This document shows positions 1-11,070 of a DNA stretch of 64,000 nt, piece by piece (positions within the stretch are counted from its first letter, which is position 1; every line of letters starts with the position of its first letter). The notes below the pieces were generated by a model that did not search any database, was not told the origin of the DNA, and saw nothing but the letters and a program-made list of their open reading frames with translations. The translations under genes and the position numbers were made by a program. The stretch covers positions 254,882,001-254,946,000 of the forward strand of contig OZ024740.1 in the NCBI GenBank assembly GCA_964016885.1. The letters run 5' to 3'. The stretch is from Eledone cirrhosa (lineage: Eukaryota).

Positions 1-163
1 TGTACTATATATATATATATATATATACACAAACACACATCTATATTCTTTCATTAGTTTCAGTTATTAGATGGTGGCCATGCTGTATTGAATCCATTAT
101 TTTCAGTATTGAATTATTTTCAGCCTGGTACTTATTTTATCTATCTCTTCTTAAAATTCATAG

Positions 164-744
164 CGAAAGGCCTTCAAAATGTTTTTAAATAAACATGCAG
201 TATATTGTTAAATATACAATACGTACATTCATATGTATATCGCTATTTCAGAGCACCAATATTTCCACATATGTTCCATCTAGGTCAATACACTTCTGCA
301 AGCATTGATACCAGCCTTTAAGTCCATCTGTGTAAAACTGAGGGCCATGCGATTTAAGCCATGTCAAAGCAGCTTTTTTTACATCTTCAACTGGGGATCA
401 TCTTCAACCTTATTTCTTTCACTTCTAAAACGACTTATCCATTTGTAGGTTGTTAATTTCTGTGGGGCATTATCCCCATAAACTTGCTGCAGAGTGTCAG
501 TGATTTGGCTGCTCTTCCACTCTAGCTTCACCATGAACTTGATGTTTCGATGGAAGCCATGTTGCTCAAATGGGTGCTGACTTCCGACAGGCAGCATCAT
601 GTTGCAACGTGCATTTAAGGGTTCATATTAGAATATATCATGACACCTTAGTACAAGAACGTACAGGTGCATTGAGATCCAAATCCCTGTGTATGATTTT
701 TAGCTATGTACTTTTTCTACAAACTTTTTGAAGGCCCCCCCTCG
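164..744 (-). mobile_element. Internally deleted mariner transposon
   Basis: N-terminal HTH peptide (LQQVYGDNAP...YKWISRFR...VEDDP) fused to C-terminal WYQCLQKCIDLDGTYVE; TIR-like ends ggccttcaaaa / tttttgaaggcc...ctcg followed by TA. Confidence 0.75.
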
Positions 745-752
745 TATACATA

Positions 753-2786
753 CATCATCATCATCATCATCATTTTACGTCCGCTTTTCCCTGCTTGCAA
801 AGGTGGGACGGGTCCTATTCAGCACAGCATCTCTCCACTTGTCACGGTCCTACGTCATCTCCTCCGTGAGCTTCAGCGATCTGAGGTCTGCTCTCACCAC
901 CTCTGTGGCCTTCCTCTACTGCGTCTTCCTTCTACTTGGATTTCTTGGCACTTCTTTACCCAGCGGTCAACCTCCATGCGCATCACATGTCCATACCATC
1001 TCAGTCTTCTCTCTCCCACACACTACAACTTACTCCTCTTATACACAGGTTCTCTCTCAACTTGTCTATGCTTGGTCGTTCATGCACATTGACATTGCAC
1101 ATCCAATGGAGCATGCTTGCTTCATTTCTCTTCAGCCATCACATATCCTCCACAATTGCTGCCCATGTCTCACTACCATGCAGCATCGCGCATCTCACAC
1201 AGGCCTTTTGTACGCAGGGTGAAACCCTTCTTTGTCAACAGAGAAAGCAGCTCCTTAAACTTCTTCCAACCCGTCCTTATTCTGGAATACTATGGCCTCG
1301 GAGCACCCTCCTCCCTTGCCAATCAGATAACCTCGGTACCGGAAGCTATCAACCACTTCTATAGAACCTACCTGTATTTGAAAAATGTATCTGTCTCTGC
1401 GACTTCTACTGTCAAATTTCCCTGTACATCTACTGCATATGTAGTTCTCCCTACCTGTTAGTTTGCCTGTTATCTCACTACATTTCTTGTGTACCCAAGA
1501 TCTGCATTGTGTACATTTTATAGAATTTATGCTAGCTCCTTTTCTACATTCGAACACGGCCATTTCCCTGATGGAATCAGAGTTTTGTCCTCCTTTCTAC
1601 TTATCAACACTTTTATCTTAGATAGGTTCCCTCTCAGTCCTCTTGATTCCAACTGCTATTTCCATAGCCAGAATTTATTCTCTAGCTCCTCTACTGATTC
1701 TGCTATAAGTACCAGGTCATCAGCATTTCTCTAATTAGTTGCGCTAATATTCTTTCTGCCACTTTCATAACCTGATCCATCAGTTTTATACCCCTATAAT
1801 TGCTCCTCTCCAGAGCATCCCCTTTACCTTTGTAGCAATTTATAAGAATACTGCTGCACCATTCTTTGGGTATGACTCCGCCATATATAACTTGCTTGAT
1901 GATGCGTGCAACCAGTTTAGTTCCAACTTCTCCTGATGCCTTCAGCATCTCAGCAACTATACCCGACGTTTCAGTGGCCTTACCACTTTTCATTTCTTTA
2001 ATTGCCTCATGGACCCTATAGTCGTCAATCTCAATAGCTGGTCCCTCTGTCGAGTCTACTGGGGACAGTTTCTCTCTCTCCCATTCGTTCTCCACATTCA
2101 ACAGTCTCTCACAATGACATTTCCAGGCCTCTTTTTCTGATCATTAGTGATACTAAGTACACTAGCATCATTTCGGACACATTTATCTCCAACAACATCC
2201 TGCTTTGCACTGACACACTGCTTTACAATGCGGAACACCGCACATTTCTGATCTTCTCATCGCTGAATATTGGTAAGCCTCCAACTCTCAGCCTCCCTGC
2301 GTGCTAAGTACACCTGACGTCTAGCTTCTCTTTTTGCGGCTGTGTATCGGTCTCTACTCCCACCATTTTTCCAAGCCTTCCATGCTACTCTTTTGTCTTT
2401 AATGGCCCTATCTACTATGTTGTTCCACCACCAGGTCACTCTGGTCGGGGCCCTGCTCCAGCCACAAGTTTCTTCAGTAGCCTGCAGTAAGTTGTCACGT
2501 AAGAAATTCCAGTTATCATCTATGTCGTACGATTCTAAATCGTCTTCTTTTTCATCATACACATCTTGAAGGGCTTTCCTAAATTTATATTTTAGTGAAA
2601 GGTGTTTCAGCTTCCAGACCTTCCTTTTCCACACCTTCCTGTATGTCTCATTCTTTCTCTTGCTTACTGAGATGTCACTAACGACTAACCTATGCTGGGG
2701 TATGCATTCTTCCCCGGGGTATGCCTTAGTATTTGACACCATCTGTCTGTCTCGTTGCCTAACTAGCAAGAAGTCAATCTGGCCTA
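753..2786 (-). mobile_element. RTE-clade LINE fragment (family A), RT core deleted
   Basis: EN end GQIDFLLVR, linker, YKGKGDALERSNYRGIKL, then a jump near 1731 to ADDL, PHD-like finger, RWYGHVMRM and a (CAT)n tail. Confidence 0.88.
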
Positions 2787-2807
2787 TACACACACACACA
2801 TACATAC

Positions 2808-3488
2808 ATCATCATCATCATCATCATCATCAACGTTTAACGTCCGTGTTCCACGCTTGCATGGGTTTGGACGGGGGTTTTCCCACTTGAGGCAAGAGTG
2901 ATTGTCTTGCTCGCATAGGACTGTCTGGCGGGTTTTCTACAGCTGGATGCCCTTCCTAACACCAACCACATTTACAGTGTGGGGCTGGGAGGTTTTTACC
3001 GTGTTGCCTACACGGCCACATTACAGTGTGGACTGTCTGGTGGGTTTTCTACAGCTGGATGCCCTTCCTAACACCAACCATATTTACAGTGTGGGGCTGG
3101 GAGGTTTTTACCGTGTTGCCTACACGGCCACATTACAGCGTGGACTGTGTGTTTTTTGTCGTGACACCTACACGATCTCATTTGTTTCGGCCTGGATGTT
3201 GTGGCACCAATATAACTTTACATTGAAAGGGGCGGTGTGGATGGGGTGGGGGTGGTGGGACGGGGGTGTATTTTGTTAGAGATGCCTACTGACTGTAGTA
3301 GGTTTTACTTTGTATTTATATATATATATATCATCATCATCATCATCATCATCAGCGTTTAACGTCCGTGTTCCACGCTTGCATGGGTTTGGACGGGGGT
3401 AGTCCCACTTGAGGCAAGAGTGATTGTCTTGCTCGCATAGGACTGTCTGGCAGGTTTTCTACAGTTGGATGCCCTTCCTAACACCAAC

Positions 3489-3490
<2 letters not shown>
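2808..3490 (-). mobile_element. Two RTE family B 3' UTR fragments
   Basis: (CAT)n tails at 2808 and 3332; same 3' UTR as 11038-11450; internal ~110-bp tandem duplication in the first. Confidence 0.8.
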
Positions 3491-3544
<54 letters not shown>

Positions 3545-3547
<3 letters not shown>

Positions 3548-3930
3548 AGGTACATGGCTTAGTGGTTAGAGCATTGGTCTTGCAATCGAAAGGTTGTGAG
3601 TTCAATCCTCAGACTGGGTGATGTGTTGTTTTCTTGAGCAAGACACTTTATTTCCCATTGTTCCAGCTCACTCAGCTGTAAAAATGAAATGAGAGGGACT
3701 TGGGTCCCTATCATTCCAAAGTGGTCGTGGAGGTGCCATGGCAAAAACGCACCCAGCCCACACTGTAAAAGTGGATGTGTAGGCGCCACGGAAAAAAAGC
3801 ACCCAGCACTAACTGTAAATGAGGTTGGTGTTAGGAAGGGCATCCAGCTGTAGAAATCAAGCCAGAATCAGTTTCCGTCCCACCCTTGCAAGCAGGGAAA
3901 AGCGGACGTAAAATGAAATGATGATGATGA
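3545..3930 (+). mobile_element. tRNA-derived SINE with RTE-derived 3' tail
   Basis: A box TGGCTTAGTGG, B box GAGTTCAATCC, central cttgagcaagacactttatttc domain, 3' end shared with the local RTE LINEs, (ATG)n tail. Confidence 0.8.
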
Positions 3931-4167
3931 TATATATATATATACACATATATATATACATATATGAATCCCAACAAAAATCAGGAGGCGACTATTGTTA
4001 AAAAAGGTACTCAAAACGTTAGAAGACTATAGGTAAATTCATTTTACTATAGAAATGACTTCTACAGGACTTGAGCTGTTTCATTCATAAGAAATTAGCA
4101 GGATGATTCCTTACGACTGAAACAGTTCTGGTCCTGTAGAAGTAATTTCTATAATAAAATAAATATA

Positions 4168-4528
4168 TGATGGATGTGCAATGTCAATGTGTGTGAACGA
4201 CCAAGCATAGACAAGTTGATAATGAAACTGTGTATAAGAGGGATAAACTGTAGTGTGCGGGAGAGAAGACTGTGTTGGTATGGCCATGTCATGCGCATGG
4301 AAGATGACCGCTGGGTGAAGAAGGGCCCAGAAATCCCCGTGGAAAGAAGACGCAGTAGAGGAAGACCATGAAAAACATGGGTGGAAGTGGTGAGATCTGA
4401 CCTCAGATTGTTGAAGCTCAGAAAGGTGGTAACAAGGGACCTTGACGAAGGGAGAGATGCTGTGCTGAAGAGGACCCATCCCACCCTTGCAAGCAGGGAA
4501 AAGCGGACGTAAAATGATGATGATGATG
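4168..4528 (+). mobile_element. RTE family A 3' fragment
   Basis: WMCNVNV...RERRLCWYGHVMRMEDDRWVKK, gcaagcagggaaaagcggacgtaaaa(tga)n. Confidence 0.85.
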
Positions 4529-5001
4529 AAATTTTCGATTTCAAATTGAAAGTGCGTAAGGAAATCCGACATTTCAGACTTAAGGACTTAATATTAATAT
4601 ATATAATGTGTGTGTGTAAAATATATTACAACGACCTTCTGCAGTTTCCATTTACCAAGTTTCACTCACCAACATACGTCATCCCGTGGCTAAAGTACAA
4701 GAGGTATCACGCCATTTCACTGGTCCTGAAACCATACAACCAGTACTTCTGCATAGATATGGCCAAGAAAAGAATTTTGGAAGGGAAGTAACTCTTAAAA
4801 TTTTTTATTGGGTAGTCTTCCCCGGTGAAAAGGTTTGTTGCTTCCCTTGAAATTACTGAGCAAGCGAGTTAAGCAGTCTGTCTGAAACGTTAAGACCCTC
4901 TTTATGCTATTTCAAGCGTTAACCTAATATATTCCTTCCATATACTGTACCGATTGTGTTGTTATTTCTGTTTACCTTTTACATATATATATATATCTAT
5001 A

Positions 5002-5154
5002 CCATATTTCCCAGCGTTGAAGAGGCTACTTTTTTCCTAAATTAAGTTTCAAAAATCTACCATGCGTCCTGGAGGCCGAAAGTTGTTTATTGTTGCTTGT
5101 CAAAATTAGGGTGCGTCCTTGAGAACGAAGCATCTTCGGCGCCGGGAAATATGG
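5002..5154. mobile_element. Tc1/mariner-superfamily MITE
   Basis: TA-CCATATTTCCC ... GGGAAATATGG-TA terminal inverted repeats. Confidence 0.65.
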
Positions 5155-6107
5155 TATATCAAATCATAAATTTAAGGAAATAATAGACTAAAATATACAT
5201 ATACAAGTCCCAATATACATATATAGCAGCGATGTATTTGTTTTGCAAGGTTTTTGATATGAAATCGTGTGCTGAAACAGTTATTGTTATATTTGGGGAG
5301 GGTCGTGTTGTCCTAATATTGCCAGAAAAAAATGGCGAAACACACTGAGTGTTTGGTTTTGTTTTCGCTTCAGCATATCTTTATATTTCTATAAATAATT
5401 TAGCTGGCAATCAATGTTTTTTCATTGATTCACCAACAGTTAAAAATATAAAAATATATAATATATATATTGTATATGCCAGTGTATAAGTCGACATTTG
5501 GAGCCTAAAATATCTCTTCAAAACCAGGGGTCCACTTGTCCACCAAATATAAAATGTGAACCTTTACCACTGAGTGGTAAACAGTGAAACTGCCTGCCTA
5601 CCATTTGTTGTACACCACTTACCATAATTCTAGCAGCCTACCACTACTATTTCCTACTGAATCCCATATTTGTTAAGGCTATTTAACGTAGAGATTATAA
5701 TATCAATGACCTGCCGTAGCTCTTAGGGTAGGTTACCATAGGTTCGTTAAGGTTAGGCTAAGTGAGTTAGAACTCACTTGTGACTGAAGTGTTTTAGAAG
5801 TGTCATAGCTTTTAGTGCATCACTAAAATTTTCCCTGCAACTGCCTTATTCAGTGGGGATCATCTTATCCAGCGAATATAGGCCTAAATCTGAATTACAC
5901 CTCATAATTTCAGTAGTCGACCTATGCACCACATCAGTTTGTATGCCGGCATATATGGTATGTCATCATCATCATGGTATACCGTCCATTTTCCACGCTA
6001 GCATGGGTTAGAGAGGTTGTTCCATTAGAAGCAAGTTGGGTCAGGTGACCATGTTTTGCTCATATAGGACTATTTCTGGCTAACCACCTTGTAGCATGGG
6101 CCGTGTG

Positions 6108-8790
6108 CTTTGAATGTAGAAGAGCACTGGGAGTTCCTAAAAAATAACTTACTAAAGGCGACGGACGAGATCTGTGGTTGGAGCAAGTCCACAGGGAGGA
6201 GAAGAGTGACTTGGTGGTGAAACAATAAGGTAGATGAGGTAGTTAAGACTAAGAAGCAGGCATGGAAAGAATGGAAGAAGGGGGTAGCAGGGTATATTTC
6301 ATAGAGACCAGGAGGGAAGCTAGGCGACAAGTATACTTAGCTAGAAGGGAAGCAGAGGATAGAAAATTCAAGCATGTTTTGCAACGTGAGGACCAGAAAC
6401 AGGAGGTGTTCAAGATTGCGAGGCAGTGTGTCAGAGAGAATTGTGATGTCATTGGAGAGAAGTGTGTCCGGAATGATAATGGTGAGCTTGCCCGCACAAG
6501 TGCCGAGAAGAAAGCTGCATGGAAGAGCCATTATGAAAGATTACTAAACGAGGAGAATGCATGGGAAAAAGATACCCTACCCCAAGTGGACCCTATAGAG
6601 GGGCCAGCAGTACAAGTCAGCAGCAGCGTAGTAAGGCAATCAAAGATATGAAGATGGGGAAGGCAACTGGTCCATCGGGTATAGCTGCCGAGATGCTGAA
6701 GGCATCTGGGTTGGTGGGTCACACCATAACCACATGAATTGCTAACCAGGTAATACTAGAAGGTGTCATACCAAAGGATTGGTGCAGCAGCATCATTGTC
6801 AACTGCTACAAAGGTAAAGGTGATGCACTAGATAGAGGAAACTATAGAGGTATAAAGCTGATGGACCAGGTGATGAAAGTAATGGAAAGAGTTATAGCAC
6901 AGTTGATTAGGGACTGGGTGAAACTAGATGAGATGCAATTTGGGTTTGTATCAGGAAAAGGCACCACTGATGCCCTCTTCCTTGTGAGGCAGTTACAGGA
7001 AAAGTACCTAGCTAAAAGTAAGCTGCTCTACTTGGCATTCTTCGATCTGGAAAAATCTTTCGACAGAGTCCCCCATGCTATTATCTGGTGAAAATTAGGA
7101 GTAGATGAATGGCTTGTGAAAGCTGTACAAGCCATGTATAGAGGAGCAGTCAGCAAAGTTATAGTTAGCTATGAATATAGCGAGGAATTTAGCATACAGG
7201 TCGGTGTCCACCAGAGCTCTGTTCTTAGCCCTCTCCTGTTCATATAGTTTTACAGGAAATAATGGAGGAGTTTAAGACCGGATGCCCATGGGAACTCCTG
7301 TATGCGGATGATCTTGCACTTATAGCTGAATCCATGGTGGAAGTAGAGAAGAAATTCCAAACATGGAAGCAGGGACTAGAAAGAAAGGGTCTCAAAGTCA
7401 ACCTGACAAAGACTAATGTTCTTGTAAGTAGACAAGAATACAGAACCCAGATTCCCTCAGGGAAATGGCCTTGCTCAGTAGGTAGGAACTCCATCCTCTG
7501 CCCCAAATGCAAAGAATGGGTACAGAAGAGTAGTGGGATCTCAGGAAGTTTAACTAAGAATGTCGGCTTCATATGGTTAGAAAAAGCTATCTCACTTACC
7601 GCTTTTCATAGGCGCCGCTAAATCCCATGGCTGGTTTCTCCTCTTCCACGTGCGTCCAACTCATTAACACCCAGGAGCTGCCAAACTCGCGTCCACACCG
7701 TTCCTGGTCACCACTAGAGAGAGACCGATCTGCTGGCCCTTCCGGTCGAGCACCCTTCCGGCCAAGCACCCTTCCGGTCAAGCACTCTTCCGGTCGAGCA
7801 CTCCCCAGCTTCCGGCCACCGCACACCACACCATACCCACATGTAGCAGCTGCGCTGGGACAGCAAGCAGCAAACGACCACAGGAAACAGGCACCACCAA
7901 ACTCTGGGAGGGATCTGTAGAAACAGTAGACAGCTTTTGCTACCTAGGTGACCGAATTAACAGCGGAGGTGGGTGTTCGGAAAGTACAATAAATAGGGTA
8001 ATAACGGGATGGAAGAAGATCAGGGAGCTACTGTCACTGCTAGCTGCAAAATGAAAAGCAGACTGTATGATGCATGTTACATGGAAGTGAAACCTGGGCG
8101 CTGTCTGTAGAAGACTTGCGCAGATTAGAAAGAAACGAAGCCTGCATGTTCTGATGGATGTGTAATAGTAATATACGCGAACGGCAAAGTATAAACGAAT
8201 TGAGAGAGAGACAGCATCAGAGAAATCAAATGCTGTGTGCAGGAGAGGAGGTTACGTTGGTATGGACATGTGATGTGTATGAAGGATGACAGCTGCATAA
8301 AAAGGTGCAGAGCACTAGAAGTCGATGGAAGGTGCGGAGTGGGGAGACCCAAGAAGACCTGGGATGAGGTGATAAAGGCCAACCTTACCCAATTGCACCT
8401 CTCAAGAGCAATGACACACGACCATGATCTCTGGCGTCATGCAGTAATACAGAGGACCCGACCCTCCCACAGGAACAATCCAAAGCTGAAGCATATAAAC
8501 AATATGCCCCCACACCCTCTCACTGCAAAGTGGTCGTGGAGGTGCCACGGCAAAAAAGAGCACCCAGCCCACACTGTAAAGTGGACGTGTAGGCGCCACG
8601 GAATGAAGCACCCAGCACTCACTGTAAATGAGGTTGGTGTTAGGAAAGGCATCCAGCTGTAGAAATCAAGCTAGAATCAGTTCCTGTATGAGCAAGACAA
8701 GGTCAGCCGACTGGACACTGCCCTCAACAGGACAATCCGTCTAACCCATGCTAGCATGGAAGAACGGACGTAGAACGATGATGATGATGA
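6108..8790 (+). mobile_element. RTE family C LINE, 5'-truncated and degenerate
   Basis: QFGFVSGKGTTDA, AFFDLEKSFDRVP, LLYADDLAL, RWYGHV, (GAT)n tail; an inverted 3' UTR piece lies at about 5962-6095. Confidence 0.88.
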
Positions 8791-8859
8791 TATATTGATA
8801 TATATATATATGTGTGTGTGTGTATGTATGTATGTATAAATGTATGTATATATATATAT

Positions 8860-9430
8860 GTGCTACTGGTAACATGTAACTCAGTACAACCTGTCGCATG
8901 GTCGGGTCGTTGGCGACTAAACCGGCAACCCCGCCATGTTTACTTGGTGAGGAAGGTGATTTTGGACACCCTGCAGGACACAAAACAAAACCTGACAAAA
9001 GGCGGAAGAACTCATAAGGGTCAACGGCCATCCAAAAGTGTGTAAATATGTACATATGTATGTATATGTTTATACATGGGTGCATGTGTATGTATATGCG
9101 CGGGGACATAGAAATAGTCGGGCTGGACACCTGATGGCGTGGTTAAACCACTGGGAGTGAAGGACCCCTAACAATTGTCAGGGCATTCTTCTGGGAGAAG
9201 GCAACTCAGGAAAGTGGGATAACTCCAATATAAAACCTGCGGCTCAGTAGTTATAGATGATGTTGATCTTTTCTTCTTTTTGGGTTATAGCTACTGTCGT
9301 TCAGAGAGTGTGATTGGCTCAGTGCACAGTCTTTCCCCACTTTAAAAAATAGCTTCACGCACAGGTATTGCACAATAGAATTAATTAATAATGTGCGATG
9401 GCCATACTCGATGACGAGGGGGCATCCATC
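8860..9430 (+). mobile_element. Non-autonomous bipartite RTE/BovB-like element
   Basis: Homologous to 16385-16995 and 37205-37727; non-coding 5' part joined to ggccatactcg...ccatca 3' end; flanked by (TA)n. Confidence 0.6.
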
Positions 9431-9476
9431 ATATATATATGTATATATATACGATATTAACAAATGGAAACTATAT

Positions 9477-10058
9477 TCCGACCTCACACACTTACACCTC
9501 TCCAAGACAATGTCACTGGACCGAGACCTTTGGCGGTACTCAATAACAGAAGACCCGCCTCACAAAAGTAAAACCTACTAGTCAGTAGGCATCTCTAACA
9601 AAATACACCCCCTGTCCCACCCCATCCCCACACCGCCCCATTCAATGCAAAGTTATGTTGGTGCCACAACATCCAGGCCGAAACAAACGAGATCGTGTAG
9701 GTGTCACGACAAAAAAACACACAGTCCACGCTGTAATGTGACCGTGTAGGCAACACGGTAAAAACCTCCCAGTCCCACACTGTAAATGTGGTTGGTGTTA
9801 GGAAGGGCATCCAGCTGAAGAAAACACGCCAGATAGTCCACGCTGTAATGTGGCCGTGTAGGCAACACGGTAAAAACCTCCCAGTCCCACACTGTAAATG
9901 TGGTTGGTGTTAGGAAGGGCATCCAGCTGTAGAAAACCCGCCAGACAGTCCTATACGAGCAAGACAACCACTCTTGCCTCAAGTGGGAAAACCCCCGTCC
10001 AAACCCATGCAAGCGTGGAACAGGGACGTTAAACGATGATGATGATGATGATGATGAT
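9477..10058 (+). mobile_element. RTE family B 3' fragment
   Basis: SDLTHLHLSKTMSLDRDLWRYS plus 3' UTR and (GAT)n. Confidence 0.82.
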
Positions 10059-10063
10059 ATTTA

Positions 10064-10122
10064 TTTCATTATACATATTTCAAGGACACCAAGTTAAATT
10101 ATGGTGTTTTCATCAGATAAAA
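10064..10122 (-). ncRNA. Minimal type-I hammerhead ribozyme (left arm)
   Basis: Minus strand TTTTAT-CTGATGA-AAACACCA...TGGTGTCCTT-GAA-ATATGTAT-A-ATGAAA. Confidence 0.68.
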
Positions 10123-10271
10123 TATAATATAGAGCAGTTTTATAAATAAATATTGACATACTCTTAAAGAATGCAACCATTACTGAGGGCAGCTCCCGGA
10201 GCTTCCCTCAGTAATGGTTGCATTCTTTAAGAGTATGTCAATATTTATTTATAAAACTGCTCTATATTATA

Positions 10272-10332
10272 TTTTATCTGATGAAAGCACACCATAATTT
10301 AACTTAGTGTCCTTGAAATATGTATAATGAAA
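10272..10332 (+). ncRNA. Minimal type-I hammerhead ribozyme (right arm of palindrome)
   Basis: TTTTAT-CTGATGA-[AAGCACAC...GTGTCCTT]-GAA-ATATGTAT (palindromic with G.U)-A^-ATGAAA; predicted cleavage after 10326. Confidence 0.7.
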
Positions 10333-10462
10333 TAAATATGGTTTTATAAATATAGTTTCCATTTGTTAATATCGTATTTTTACTCCAAATATTTGTTGAG
10401 TGCTTTATATCAGTTATAAAATTATTTGCTTGTTACATCCCAACAATTTGTATATATATATA

Positions 10463-10897
10463 GATGACTTGGGATGAGGTGATAAAAGCCGACCTTACCC
10501 AACTACACCTCTCAAAGTCAATGACACATGACCGTGACTTCTGGCGTCACGCAGTAATACAGGGTACCCGACCTCCCATGGGTACATGCTGAAGCATATA
10601 AACAATATGCCCCCCCCCCCCCCCACCGCAAGGTGGTCGTGGAGGTGCCACGGCAAAAAAGCACCCAGCCCACACTGTAAAGTGGACGTGTAGGCGCCAC
10701 GAAAAAGCACCCAGCACTCACTGTAAATGAGGTTGGTGTTAGGAAGGGCATCCAGCTGTAGAAATCAAGCCAGATCAGTTCCTGTATGAGCAAGGCATGG
10801 TCAGCCGACCAGACACTGCCCACAACAGGACAACCCGTCTAACCCATGCTAGCGTGGAAGAACGGACGTAAAACGGTGATGATGATGATGATGATGA
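10463..10897 (+). mobile_element. RTE family C 3' fragment
   Basis: Nearly identical to 13892-14317. Confidence 0.85.
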
Positions 10898-10963
10898 TAT
10901 ATATATACGTATATATATATATATGTATATATATGTATATATATATATATGTATATATATATG

Positions 10964-11020
<57 letters not shown>

Positions 11021-11036
11021 GTATATATATGTATAT

Positions 11037-11037
<1 letters not shown>

Positions 11038-11070
<33 letters not shown>

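Larger units (their letters stand above)
9450..10450. mobile_element. Fold-back element (Penelope-like pLTR pair) interrupted by an RTE 3' fragment
   Basis: Near-perfect palindrome 10057-10339 centred on 10197; 9450-9477 is the reverse complement of 10349-10376; ~75-bp extension on the right; (TA)n flanks. Confidence 0.72.

Noticed and set aside
3545-3620. tRNA gene
   Set aside because: A and B boxes belong to a SINE head that continues into SINE body and LINE tail
4810-4900. Possible hammerhead near gaaacgttaagacc
   Set aside because: No intact CTGANGA core in the right position
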